A DNA stretch of 64,000 nt from positions 7,302 to 71,301 of the IMG/VR virus record IMGVR_UViG_3300035698_002820; one strand, given 5' to 3'. Below the pieces are notes generated by a model. The model worked only from the letters and a program-made list of their open reading frames with translations, did not search any database and had not been told where the DNA came from. Positions 27,327-35,919 of the stretch are shown in pieces (the first letter of the stretch is position 1; each line of letters starts with the position of its first letter). The position numbers and the translations under genes are program-made. This stretch comes from a virus.

Positions 27327-27547
27327 TTGTCTCCTTCCTGACCGGTGTAGTTCATACACCATTGGTCAAATGCTTGGATTTTGCTCCAGATGCCATCATC
27401 CTTGTACTGGTGGTCATAGTACTTGTTCCTGAGTGCACGTACCTCTGCCTGGCCAAAGTTCTCACAGATGCCTTGCTGGGATACTCTCAGTATCAGATGG
27501 TCTTTTGTTCTTGCGATGATGCGTGAGATTCTTCCTCTGTCATCCAT
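27323..27547 (-). CDS. Hypothetical protein
   Basis: ENFGQAEVRAL...FDQWCMNY. Confidence 0.6.
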   Translation of the reverse strand: MDDRGRISRIIARTKDHLILRVSQQGICENFGQAEVRALRNKYYDHQYKDDGIWSKIQAFDQWCMNYTGQEGDK

Positions 27548-27551
27548 TACA

Positions 27552-27929
27552 TTATCCTCTTCTGCCTGTTAAGGCAACAACTAGATGGTCATGGGTAAAT
27601 TGCTGACGCAGTGTGCTGTGGTTGTCATCATTAGCATTGTGCCAGTACGTAACTGCCCAACCTTTGAGATTGAAAGAAAAGACGTCACATCCAGAGCGCA
27701 CAACAACACGTATTTCTCTCCATCTATTGCTGTCGTGGACTTCAATCACCAGGCCAGAACGCAGCACTTCTTTAGCAGTAAAATGTGCTGTTTGACCATT
27801 TTGTGCTTTGGCTGTAAACTGGTTATAGCAGTGGTGAGTGAGTGCTTGGAATGATGCTCTGACGGTCTGCTTGAGCTGATGGGCTTTGTGCTTATCTGCC
27901 TTGTCCCACGTGCTTCTATGGGTTCTCAT
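27552..27929 (-). CDS. Hypothetical protein
   Basis: GGAGG RBS. Confidence 0.6.
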   Translation of the reverse strand: MRTHRSTWDKADKHKAHQLKQTVRASFQALTHHCYNQFTAKAQNGQTAHFTAKEVLRSGLVIEVHDSNRWREIRVVVRSGCDVFSFNLKGWAVTYWHNANDDNHSTLRQQFTHDHLVVALTGRRG

Positions 27930-28351
27930 GCTGCCTCCAGCTGCGCAATGAAGTCACGCATGTCATCTTTGTCTACATACCACCCGATGAGGTAGTGCTG
28001 GGTCATGCCAATGTGCCCATAGTAGCTGCTTGCAGCTGGTAATGGAACGATGAACAAGTGACGGCTGAGCATGAGTGCCTCACGTGCTATGCCGGCCATC
28101 AGACATCTGCCGTAGCCAGTAGCACAGGTAGCAAGGTGAAAAACATCCACACACTGCCCCACCAGCAACACATCATTCAAGTGGAAACTGGCTATGCCTA
28201 CAACAGTGTCATCACCTGTTCGCAGCGTTATACCACAGGAGCCTTCTGCGATGTCCAAATAGGCATCTGTTCCCATCTCACGTCTGTCACCTTCAGGCCA
28301 CTGCCTGATAGTTGCTTCATCTTCCAGTCTAGCATCTTGTTCAATCTTCAT
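27926..28351 (-). CDS. GNAT-fold acetyltransferase-like protein
   Basis: VVGIASF beta strand, HLATCATGYGRCLM (motif A-like), AASSYYGHIGM (motif B-like). Confidence 0.6.
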   Translation of the reverse strand: MKIEQDARLEDEATIRQWPEGDRREMGTDAYLDIAEGSCGITLRTGDDTVVGIASFHLNDVLLVGQCVDVFHLATCATGYGRCLMAGIAREALMLSRHLFIVPLPAASSYYGHIGMTQHYLIGWYVDKDDMRDFIAQLEAA

Positions 28352-28953
28352 AGCTGCTGTACCTCTGCAAGTGGAAAGAGCACCTGAAGTTCTTGAACGT
28401 GCCCTGCCCAATACTTATTGTGGACTGAGCGGTACCACCGCTCACCATTAGCTCTCTGTATGACGTGGGCAAATTCATGGATGACTAGTTCCCATACTCC
28501 ACGCAGGCCGGTGTGGGATAGATAGCCACCGTCATGCCACTCAGTCCATAGATACCTGTAAGTGGCGTATTCATAGAATCCCTTTTCATATGCTCTGCGC
28601 ACTGACTCATACTTGAAGTTGATGTTGGTGCCTGCAGTGGAGATTCTGCCATTGCGGAAGATTGGCTTGCCTGAATACCCATACTCAGCAAAAAGCTTCT
28701 CTGCAAACCTGTAGGCAAATCGGGTGATTGGGTCAGCCAGTATCTTGTTGAGCACCGCAGCTGGTGCCTTCTTCAGCTTTGGCCCAATTGGTTTGACTGG
28801 TGCTTGAACCTTGTCATCCTTTGGATCCTGAAAGTCTTCTGGACGTTTGCCACACTTTGGGCAGTAGTGGAAACTGCCTTGACTTGGTGTCCAGTTGTCT
28901 TCAAAGTACACGTGGCAGTCAGGACATCTTTTCAGTGCTGATGACTTGGTCAT
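28348..28953 (-). CDS. Zn ribbon + HExxH (SprT-like) metallopeptidase
   Basis: CPDC...CPKCG; LVIHEFAHVIQ...SVHNKYW. Confidence 0.65.
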   Translation of the reverse strand: MTKSSALKRCPDCHVYFEDNWTPSQGSFHYCPKCGKRPEDFQDPKDDKVQAPVKPIGPKLKKAPAAVLNKILADPITRFAYRFAEKLFAEYGYSGKPIFRNGRISTAGTNINFKYESVRRAYEKGFYEYATYRYLWTEWHDGGYLSHTGLRGVWELVIHEFAHVIQRANGERWYRSVHNKYWAGHVQELQVLFPLAEVQQL

Positions 28954-29471
28954 TTCACCACCTTCTGGTGTGCTGCGCGGGTGCAGTCCCCACACACTTT
29001 GCCCATCATTGCTTCGACAGGATTCATCGGACGGTAGCACACTTCACATTCAGCTGCTGCTGCTGCCCTGTCCAGTTCTGGATGTGATGGTAGTGGAGCA
29101 GGTGATTCACTCTTTGGGTCGTGCGGGCACCTGTCACAGATGCCAGGGCAGATGTCACGGATGGGACAAGTTGATCTGTTTGCCTCAAAGTCATCATACA
29201 GTGCCTGTGTTGCGCTGTTCATTTTATCTCCCTGCTGCACCAGTGTTTTGGGCACGCCATCAACTGCAATGTAAAACGGTCTGCCCTTCTCTATGCGCTG
29301 CCAGATGGTCAGTTGGTGGTGCTGCACAACGTAACGCATCTTTTCAACAGCCTCCTCTTCAGGCATGGTTCTGCCATCAACTGAAATCTCTTTTTTACGT
29401 GGGTATCTGGTGGCTGTTCTGCCTGTTTGCTCATACTGCTCAATGAGGTTATTGATATTGCTATCTGCCAT
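28950..29471 (-). CDS. Hypothetical Cys-rich protein
   Basis: Several CxxC; AGAGGA RBS. Confidence 0.6.
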   Translation of the reverse strand: MADSNINNLIEQYEQTGRTATRYPRKKEISVDGRTMPEEEAVEKMRYVVQHHQLTIWQRIEKGRPFYIAVDGVPKTLVQQGDKMNSATQALYDDFEANRSTCPIRDICPGICDRCPHDPKSESPAPLPSHPELDRAAAAAECEVCYRPMNPVEAMMGKVCGDCTRAAHQKVVK

Positions 29472-29533
29472 TTGCTTATTCCTCTTTGGCCTGTACTCTC
29501 ACCCCAGGCCTGAATTCTCTGATGAACGGATGC

Positions 29534-29866
29534 CTATTTGTTGCGGTTGATTTGAGGCACTACTGAGCTGCTCATTGGATCACAGTCGCTGTAGTCAGCA
29601 TCGTCCTCTATGGTATCACCCAGCGTAAAGCCCATCATCATCTTCTTCTCTTCCATTTCGGCATGCTCTTGCATAGCCTTCAGTTCTTCATTCAGCTTGC
29701 TGACATTCAGTCGTTCGCCTAGTGGGCAGCGAACATAGCCCATAGCTTGGTGAGCAAATGGGCAGCCTACACAATAGTCCTGATGGAGTGTGCCTTTCAC
29801 TATTCTAGCCAATCGGCATTGTTCCATCCGTCGTCTTACCACGATCCTCTTCCTATCGTGCTTCAT
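29534..29866 (-). CDS. First gene of the early block, hypothetical
   Basis: GGGAGG RBS; CVGCPF...CP. Confidence 0.6.
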   Translation of the reverse strand: MKHDRKRIVVRRRMEQCRLARIVKGTLHQDYCVGCPFAHQAMGYVRCPLGERLNVSKLNEELKAMQEHAEMEEKKMMMGFTLGDTIEDDADYSDCDPMSSSVVPQINRNK

Positions 29867-30128
29867 TCTATTTGCCTCCCTTCATAGTGCGGTGGGTTCA
29901 GCACTAGTGCTTGCCTTCATTATATATAAGGGCAAACAGCAGTGCCGAAACACCGCTGTCTCATCATATAGCCTATTCTCTTTGAAAGAGTTCCAGCAGC
30001 CTTCTGATTCCCTTTGGTCTCAGGTGAAGAATCTGGCCAGACAACAACCCAGCCAGGTGAAGTGAAGTGATGCCTATGACGGGTGATTGATAGTGAAGGT
30101 GAGTGCCTACTGCCCTTTGCTCTTGAGT

Positions 30129-30193
30129 TTTTAAGGTTCAGACTAGATTTACTTTCACCTATAAGTATAGTCCATATCCATTTTCTTGGCTAA
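30129..30193 (-). promoter_or_regulatory. Putative host sigma70-type early promoter with boxA-like element
   Basis: TTAGCC-N18-TATACT followed downstream by GAACCTTAAAAAC; heads the small-gene block. Confidence 0.45.
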
Positions 30194-30195
30194 TC

Positions 30196-30611
30196 GAAAA
30201 CCCAGAGAAACCAACTGAAACGTGATGAATATAATATTCGTCACGCTTCAAGCAGATTCTCATGACTTCAAGCATATTCTTATCGTTTCAAGGGGATCAT
30301 AAGCGTGGTTGACGTTTCAGGCGATTCTATATGATTCCAACGGCCTAAAAAGACCCACTAGAATGGGTTCTGCCGGGCAAGCTCACTCATAGAATCGCTT
30401 GCGTGGGCTAGATCACCTTGATTTCTCAAAATTGCTTGAAACCAAGAGAAACCAGGCGAAACAAAAAGAATAGCGCAAACGTAAAACGCCATTTTTGACT
30501 CATAAAATTGCCCCCTAGAAACCAACTGAAACAAAGAGAAGCCCAGAGAAGTCCATTGAAATGAGTGAGCCTTGAAACAAAGAGAAACCGCTTGAATAGA
30601 TAGTGCTTGAA
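30196..30611. repeat. 10-bp-phased GAA/TTC decamer array
   Basis: GAA at 30207/17/27, TTC at 30237-30287 every 10 bp, GAA at 30438-30468 and 30518-30558 every 10 bp. Confidence 0.8.
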
Positions 30612-30668
30612 TAGCGTGCTTTGCCCGATAAAATGATTTGTGTGTATTACTTTATTTTTCACGCCTGC

Positions 30669-30825
30669 CCTATACATTTTATTATGGCCGTTCTATACAT
30701 TTTGTCAAGGCACACCATAAGATAATCGCAAGGTTACCCATAGAACAGACGTAAAGGCAGCCATAAGATAATGTTATGGCCATCCTTGTCATTTTGTTCT
30801 GGTGAGCCTATACAAAATGTTATGG
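30669..30825. repeat. Seven 19-bp imperfect palindromes at exact 23-bp period (iteron/operator array)
   Basis: Starts at 30669, 30692, 30715, 30738, 30761, 30784, 30807; e.g. CCATAAGATAATGTTATGG, CCTATACAAAATGTTATGG. Confidence 0.85.
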
Positions 30826-30940
30826 CTTGCCTTGGAGCCTGCTTGGTGGGCGAGTCGCTTTTCGTGTGTGCGCCCACTAGTGGTGTACCGTCATGCATTA
30901 TAGGTACAGAAAACAACCCTACTCCTAAAATATAGAAATA

Positions 30941-30987
30941 AAAAAAAGTACACCAGTCCCAGCAAAGGCCACTGAATGTACTTTTTT
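30941..30987. terminator. Putative bidirectional terminator-like hairpin
   Basis: AAAAAAGTACA...TGTACTTTTTT downstream of the late/tRNA transcription unit. Confidence 0.5.
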
Positions 30988-31093
30988 ATGAGGGAGATAG
31001 AAAAACTACTCCCCCTATCGCGTTAAGTGTATGGGTGGGACGGAGAATAAGCACGCCGGGGTGTCGCCGCCACCATTTCTTATGTTAAGGGTC

Positions 31094-31402
31094 TTATGGC
31101 TTTTCAGGTTGTGGTAATGTCTGGCCACAAGCTCTGCAACGTCTACGCTCTGGAGGAGGTTCGCTACGCAGCTCTGAAACAGCTACGTGTGGCACAGCAC
31201 CGTTTAACGCACGTACTGTTACCATTTTGCCTTGAGGGGAGAATTCTGCTCTACAGGCCCATCCTACACGTCTTCTGTCTGGATGCCAGAGAATATCACC
31301 GTAGTAAACTGGTGTACCGTCCTTCAACTTGAATAGAATGTCTTGCCTGTACTTCTGTGCTGTAGTTGGGAATCCTCTATTGGGCATCTTTGATAACCTC
31401 AC
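31094..31402 (-). CDS. Hypothetical protein
   Basis: C-terminal CRACG. Confidence 0.55.
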   Translation of the reverse strand: MRLSKMPNRGFPTTAQKYRQDILFKLKDGTPVYYGDILWHPDRRRVGWACRAEFSPQGKMVTVRALNGAVPHVAVSELRSEPPPERRRCRACGQTLPQPEKP

Positions 31403-31562
31403 TTATTCTGGCAAGGATTTCACGCCAGATACCATCATTCTTTGTTTCCTTTGACTCGATGATGTCCCAGTAGAAGTCTGATTCTAGCCAGCCATGTAGT
31501 TCTAAATCATCTTGCAGCTGTTTTATATTTTCTGGGTCACCCTCAATTATCAATAGGGACAT
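31377..31562 (-). CDS. Small hypothetical protein
   Basis: GGAGG RBS before MSLLIIEG. Confidence 0.5.
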   Translation of the reverse strand: MSLLIIEGDPENIKQLQDDLELHGWLESDFYWDIIESKETKNDGIWREILARISEVIKDAQ

Positions 31563-31740
31563 CTTCATCCTCCAAATTATCCAACATTTTAAATGTAAGG
31601 CCAGCCTCCTTGACAAAGGGAAGGTGTTTTGCACAGGCCCCATATTCATCTCCATCATCATTCCAGTAAGTAGCAACAGCAAACCGTGTTATCCCATTCG
31701 CTAAACACATATCACAGCAAGCTACAAGTTGATAACTCAT
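31543..31740 (-). CDS. Small Zn-finger protein
   Basis: CCDMC...ACAKH. Confidence 0.55.
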   Translation of the reverse strand: MSYQLVACCDMCLANGITRFAVATYWNDDGDEYGACAKHLPFVKEAGLTFKMLDNLEDEDVPIDN

Positions 31741-31883
31741 CGTGTTTTCCCTTTCTGAAAGAACTTGAAACCAATGCCCAGCACTTCTTCCTTGAATGGC
31801 TTGAGTCCCTTCTTTTTCTTGGTCAGCCCGGCACGCCTTTGGTATTTCTTTTTGTCATGCTTAACTTTGGTCTTAGAAGCCAT
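31737..31883 (-). CDS. Small Lys-rich protein
   Basis: MASKTKVKHDKKKYQRRAGLTKKKKG. Confidence 0.45.
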   Translation of the reverse strand: MASKTKVKHDKKKYQRRAGLTKKKKGLKPFKEEVLGIGFKFFQKGKTR

Positions 31884-31884
31884 T

Positions 31885-32271
31885 TTAAATGCCTGTTTTC
31901 CATCCTTTTGAGATTTCTGCAAGTTTGAGAGCCGCCTGGGTAGCAGATATACCCCATACTTCGTTCTGGCACCTACTAGTATTTGGGTCACCAGTGCTGG
32001 TTGTAGTGAAATAAGTGACATCTTCACCACTCATATTGAGCTTAGAAATGACTAAATCCAGCTGTTTTGCGGCTGCTTTTGCTGGAATCTCTGTCCACTG
32101 CTGCCACTCACGCTCTCCCTGTATCACCGTAAAACTGCATATACGTGCACCAGGAACTTCCAGTGCCTCATCCTGGTCAAAAGAATGTCCGCACCATAGG
32201 CAGATTCTGTCCCCATTTCTATCTGGAGCAGTTAAGTCTGTATTCTCACACTGTGGGCATGCTGCTTCCAT
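31885..32271 (-). CDS. Zn-ribbon protein
   Basis: CPQC...CLWCG. Confidence 0.6.
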   Translation of the reverse strand: MEAACPQCENTDLTAPDRNGDRICLWCGHSFDQDEALEVPGARICSFTVIQGEREWQQWTEIPAKAAAKQLDLVISKLNMSGEDVTYFTTTSTGDPNTSRCQNEVWGISATQAALKLAEISKGWKTGI

Positions 32272-32590
32272 GAGTTCCCCTTTCTGCTATTTCAGTAAAG
32301 TCTGATTCTTGTAGGGCTGCCAATAGTTCATTGAAATCCTTGAGGATGGGCTTGCGTTTCATACCACAGTTTGGGCACTTGTATCTGCCATCAGCACACT
32401 TAGAATGTAGCTGACTGGTGTGGCATTGAAAGCAGTATAGCATTTTCTCTTCTTCATCTTCAGAAGCTTGGATGAGCAGCTTAATCTTCTGTGCTGCTAA
32501 GCGTTCTTCTTCTGCTGCTGCACGGTCAACCCTGCCTGCCCATTCGTGGTCTGAATGCTCAAAGCCTTCCTCATCATTTACGTACTTCAT
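32246..32590 (-). CDS. Zn-ribbon protein
   Basis: CFQC...CPNCG; GGGAGG RBS. Confidence 0.55.
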   Translation of the reverse strand: MKYVNDEEGFEHSDHEWAGRVDRAAAEEERLAAQKIKLLIQASEDEEEKMLYCFQCHTSQLHSKCADGRYKCPNCGMKRKPILKDFNELLAALQESDFTEIAERGTHGSSMPTV

Positions 32591-32795
32591 TATGATACAT
32601 TTCCTCCCACTCTTGTGCGTCCTTGTTCCAGAAATAAATCGCACCATCTAGTCTGAATGTCGGCCAGATTGTGTGTGTTTCTTTGTATATCTGGTGCCAG
32701 ATGTTTACAAGTATGAGTCCCATCAGTACAAGCCATATAGCCAGAGCATAGAACAGGTGTGTGACCCATGTGATGAGCAAGGCTGTATTTATCAC
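32574..32795 (-). CDS. Small membrane protein
   Basis: N-terminal hydrophobic helix. Confidence 0.55.
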   Translation of the reverse strand: MINTALLITWVTHLFYALAIWLVLMGLILVNIWHQIYKETHTIWPTFRLDGAIYFWNKDAQEWEEMYHNEVRK

Positions 32796-33655
32796 CCTAT
32801 TGCTCCTGTGCCATCACCTGGCATAATCACACCAGCTGTTGTTGCTGCTAGCATATCTGCTTCTTGCTGCAGCATATTGGCCTTGTGCATCTTCCCACTG
32901 CAGTGTCCTGCCCACTCATGTCTGTTCATGGCCACAAAGTCACATGGTTCACAGAATTTGTACTGCTCAAGAATCACACCAGGAGTATCTTGTGGAACAT
33001 CTTCTACAGGTGTGTGTAGAGCATCTTGGGGTGTGTGTGAAGTAAGGTCAATATGTGGAGCATTATCCACATACTCTGGCAGCATCTCACCTTCCACTGC
33101 TTCTACTGTGAGCACTTGCTCAGCATCCAATGCTTCCATGCTCTGCTTTACCTGCAAGTTCCAGAACACACGCTGCCCATGCAAGCCGATGATGAGCACA
33201 CCAATCAGCGACAGAACATATCCCAGAGCAACAAGCAGCGCAGTGTCTTGGATGTTCAGTTGCTCCAGCAGCACAAGAGGCGTGCTGTGTTCAGTCATGT
33301 ATGCCCAGATGATGAAACCTTCCATGAGTACTGAGATGGCAATTGCTATCTGGCAAAGAGCAACTGGCAAATGCCACTTCTTGGCAGTGGCCATATTGTC
33401 CTTCTTTCTACGCTGCAGTTCCCAGGCAGCATACCCACCTGCTGTTTCCACAGCAGTGGTGAAGAGTATTGCAGCTACTCCATTACCCACCATCTTTTTG
33501 AAGAACCAGTATGTACAGGGCGCACTCATTACCTGGGACACAATGAACAAGATGGAATTTGTGATGAAGAAGAATGCATCTTGAATATCTGATAGCCAGC
33601 CGGCAATCTTCTGGCTGGATGTAATGACAACGTTCCTTCCTACTGTTTTAGCCAT
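32792..33655 (-). CDS. Multi-pass membrane protein with C-terminal C2H2-like Zn finger
   Basis: Four hydrophobic segments; FCEPCD...GHCSGKMH; AAGGAG RBS. Confidence 0.7.
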   Translation of the reverse strand: MAKTVGRNVVITSSQKIAGWLSDIQDAFFFITNSILFIVSQVMSAPCTYWFFKKMVGNGVAAILFTTAVETAGGYAAWELQRRKKDNMATAKKWHLPVALCQIAIAISVLMEGFIIWAYMTEHSTPLVLLEQLNIQDTALLVALGYVLSLIGVLIIGLHGQRVFWNLQVKQSMEALDAEQVLTVEAVEGEMLPEYVDNAPHIDLTSHTPQDALHTPVEDVPQDTPGVILEQYKFCEPCDFVAMNRHEWAGHCSGKMHKANMLQQEADMLAATTAGVIMPGDGTGAIG

Positions 33656-33685
33656 ATAGCTCCTTGTTTATTTACTGACCGTTGA

Positions 33686-34102
33686 TTACGGTTCAACGGC
33701 CAACACCTTGAAGTGCCACCTACTTTGAGTAGAAGGCTCATCTAGTTTTTCTGGCCATCTGTGATATAGATGAAGTTGGTATGTGCCTGAGCCATAAACA
33801 ATGTCACCAGGTCTGAATCCTAGCTGCACCCTGTCTTGCTGTGATAGGGCATACAAACACCCATCAGTTGGGTCTTCTCTAATGAAAATTCCATAAGCCA
33901 GGCCAATGTACTTATCAGTCGCATCTGCCCACCCATAGAATCCTTGTTCAATGACTGCTGCATAAGTATTGGGGAATTGAGTAGAGGCAACACGGTTCTT
34001 GATGACAAAGCCAATTGCTGTGGCTGCATCTGCATCATCAAGTATACCAACCTCACCTATCATTATGCTGGCAATCAGTATCAGTATCTGTACAAAAGAC
34101 AT
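33686..34102 (-). CDS. SleB/CwlJ-like cell wall hydrolase (Hydrolase_2)
   Basis: ASIMIGEV...AIGFVIKNRV...FPNT...VI.Q.F, DPTDGCLY, terminal HLY. Confidence 0.7.
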   Translation of the reverse strand: MSFVQILILIASIMIGEVGILDDADAATAIGFVIKNRVASTQFPNTYAAVIEQGFYGWADATDKYIGLAYGIFIREDPTDGCLYALSQQDRVQLGFRPGDIVYGSGTYQLHLYHRWPEKLDEPSTQSRWHFKVLAVEP

Positions 34103-34125
34103 GACACACTCCTTTCTTCTTCAAA

Positions 34126-34197
34126 CAGGCCAGAGTGGATTCGAACCACCATCGGTGCTTTTGGAGAGCACTATCCTACCAATTGGAAGACTGGCCT
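34126..34197 (-). tRNA. tRNA-Trp(CCA)
   Basis: AGGCCAG/CTGGCCT acceptor, GTGCT-CTCCAAA-AGCAC anticodon arm, GGTTCGAATCC; no encoded CCA tail. Confidence 0.9.
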
Positions 34198-34416
34198 GTG
34201 TGTTTCAGTTAATCACTGGTGAATTGATGAGAACATCTTTAAGGGACGCTGAAGTGTTCACCCCATTGTTGCACATATTCTGTGTATGGTGGTGGCAGTG
34301 TCCATATGCTGGCATAGCCTGCGGCTTCGAAGGATTCTTCGGCACTGACGATGAATTCAACGGCCTTGTAGTCATTTGTCCCGAAATATGTCCACACCGT
34401 TCTTCTGGTGTGCCAG

Positions 34417-34490
34417 TCGGGTGAGCAGGATTTGAACCTGCGGCCACTTGCGTCCAAGGCAAGGATGCTACCTGACTACACCACCACCCG
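34417..34490 (-). tRNA. tRNA-Pro(TGG)
   Basis: CGGGTGG/TCACCCG acceptor, CTTGC-CTTGGAC-GCAAG, GGTTCAAATCC. Confidence 0.9.
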
Positions 34491-34499
34491 ACAGAATCT

Positions 34500-35528
34500 T
34501 TACTTCGATTCCAGTACTGAATTCACATGCTTGTCCAGGTTGTTAATGAAGTAGGCCAAGTCATCTAACACTAGAGTCTGGCCCCACTCTATCAATTGCA
34601 GCTTGGGAGTGATGTAGGGTGGGCTGGACACTGTGCTGGCATACAGGGTGTATGGGACTGCACCGTAGCTCCTGATGATGTATTCCAATTCATCCTGTTT
34701 GTTTGCCCAATATCGCCTGGATTTTGCTACACGGGCACGTTCTTCAAAAGTTGTATTGATAGTCAGATGCTTCCACAGTTTGAAAACTGGGTAGAGGGGA
34801 GTATCTATCAATTCAGCCTCAACGTAACTCAGTGAACTGTCTCGCAACTCTTTGACTAATGGCCTGACAGCATAGTGATTGCCGTGATTGGCCATAGCTG
34901 CTAGTATTTCAAAGGTGAGCACCTGGTTCGATGCTTCCATGTATCCCACTGGCTCACCGCACACTCCCTGTACATGCCCTAGTTCATGAACCAGGGTGGC
35001 CAAGATGGATGTAGCATCGTTCCAAGGTGATGCATAGTTTTGAGAACGGTAGTTGAGTATTGCATAATGACCGGCACAACTTGCCCTTCCCAAGATGTGG
35101 AAGTGGTACTGCCCATCACCAGGGATAAAGGCTATTGAAGCAGGCCAGACTGCATCATTCTCACCGTGCAATCCTTCGTAGTAGTAGTAGGGCAGAACTT
35201 CCAGAGTGAACTTGCAGAGAAGTTCGCTGTTAGTTTTTATCCCCCAGCATTGGAACGAACCCCCATAATCTTCTGTGTTCAGGTCTTTTACTTCACCATC
35301 TGGTATGAGAGGTATCAGTGGCAGCTTATCGTAGGCCTTGTCCATTGTAGCTGCCATCTCTGCTGCAGTCCACAGCACTCTTCCCTGCCCCAGTGCAGAA
35401 GATACTGCTGGAGCAACTATGACAGAAGCTACAATGCCTGCAATGATAAGCAGGGGCAATATCCCTCTGACTTGCCATACAATGTAGCGTTTAAGCAGAC
35501 TGCCTAATGTGACCAAAAAGTCTTTCAT
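34500..35528 (-). CDS. Membrane-anchored/secreted HExxH zincin-like protein
   Basis: N-terminal TM; LATLVHELGHVQG...E. Confidence 0.65.
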   Translation of the reverse strand: MKDFLVTLGSLLKRYIVWQVRGILPLLIIAGIVASVIVAPAVSSALGQGRVLWTAAEMAATMDKAYDKLPLIPLIPDGEVKDLNTEDYGGSFQCWGIKTNSELLCKFTLEVLPYYYYEGLHGENDAVWPASIAFIPGDGQYHFHILGRASCAGHYAILNYRSQNYASPWNDATSILATLVHELGHVQGVCGEPVGYMEASNQVLTFEILAAMANHGNHYAVRPLVKELRDSSLSYVEAELIDTPLYPVFKLWKHLTINTTFEERARVAKSRRYWANKQDELEYIIRSYGAVPYTLYASTVSSPPYITPKLQLIEWGQTLVLDDLAYFINNLDKHVNSVLESK

Positions 35529-35576
35529 GGTGCCTCCTTATTTCTATGTTCTTCTTTCCATCACCAGACTGCACAG

Positions 35577-35750
35577 TTACAGTCCAAAATACTTACACAG
35601 TATCATGATTGGGATAGCAATTAGTGCAGCACCAGACAGAATACCAATGAGAATGCCAATACTGATGACCAGGCCTGCTATTGCTTCTGCTGTGCTTTCA
35701 TCTGTAGAACAATGATTTGGCAGTATTGGATTGTGAGATTTACGATGCAT
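35577..35750 (-). CDS. Small membrane protein (57 aa)
   Basis: Hand translation MHRKSH...AIAGLVISIGILIGILSGAALIAIPIMILC; GAGGAGG RBS. Confidence 0.5.
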   Translation of the reverse strand: MHRKSHNPILPNHCSTDESTAEAIAGLVISIGILIGILSGAALIAIPIMILCKYFGL

Positions 35751-35765
35751 TATGTTCCTCCTCAG

Positions 35766-35839
35766 TACAGGAGACAGGATTCGAACCTGCAGTGAAGTGG
35801 GTCTAAGCCACTTGCCTTTGCCATTTAGGCCACTCCTGC
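35766..35839 (-). tRNA. tRNA-Leu(TAG), short variable loop
   Basis: GCAGGAG/CTCCTGT acceptor, AGTGG-CTTAGAC-CCACT, 5-nt variable region. Confidence 0.85.
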
Positions 35840-35842
35840 TTA

Positions 35843-35916
35843 AGCTGATGAGTGGAATCGAACCACTGACAAGTGCCTTACAAGGACACTGCTCTACCTG
35901 GCTGAGCTACACCAGC
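35843..35916 (-). tRNA. tRNA-Thr(TGT)
   Basis: GCTGGTG/CATCAGC acceptor, GTGTC-CTTGTAA-GGCAC, GGTTCGATTCC. Confidence 0.9.
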
Positions 35917-35919
35917 AAG

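Noticed and set aside
29935-29975. Hammerhead ribozyme (TGATGAG on minus, CGAAAC on plus)
   Set aside because: The two core motifs are on opposite strands and the CTGATGA...GAAA order is not met.
30669-30825. CRISPR or mini-CRISPR array
   Set aside because: Units are degenerate 19-mers with 4-nt gaps and no unique 25-45 nt spacers; no cas genes are present.
34205-34462. ORFs overlapping tRNA-Pro, including a protein-like stretch VWTYFGTNDYKAVEF...
   Set aside because: The starts lie inside the tRNA and there is no clear RBS; possibly a gene remnant, but not supportable.
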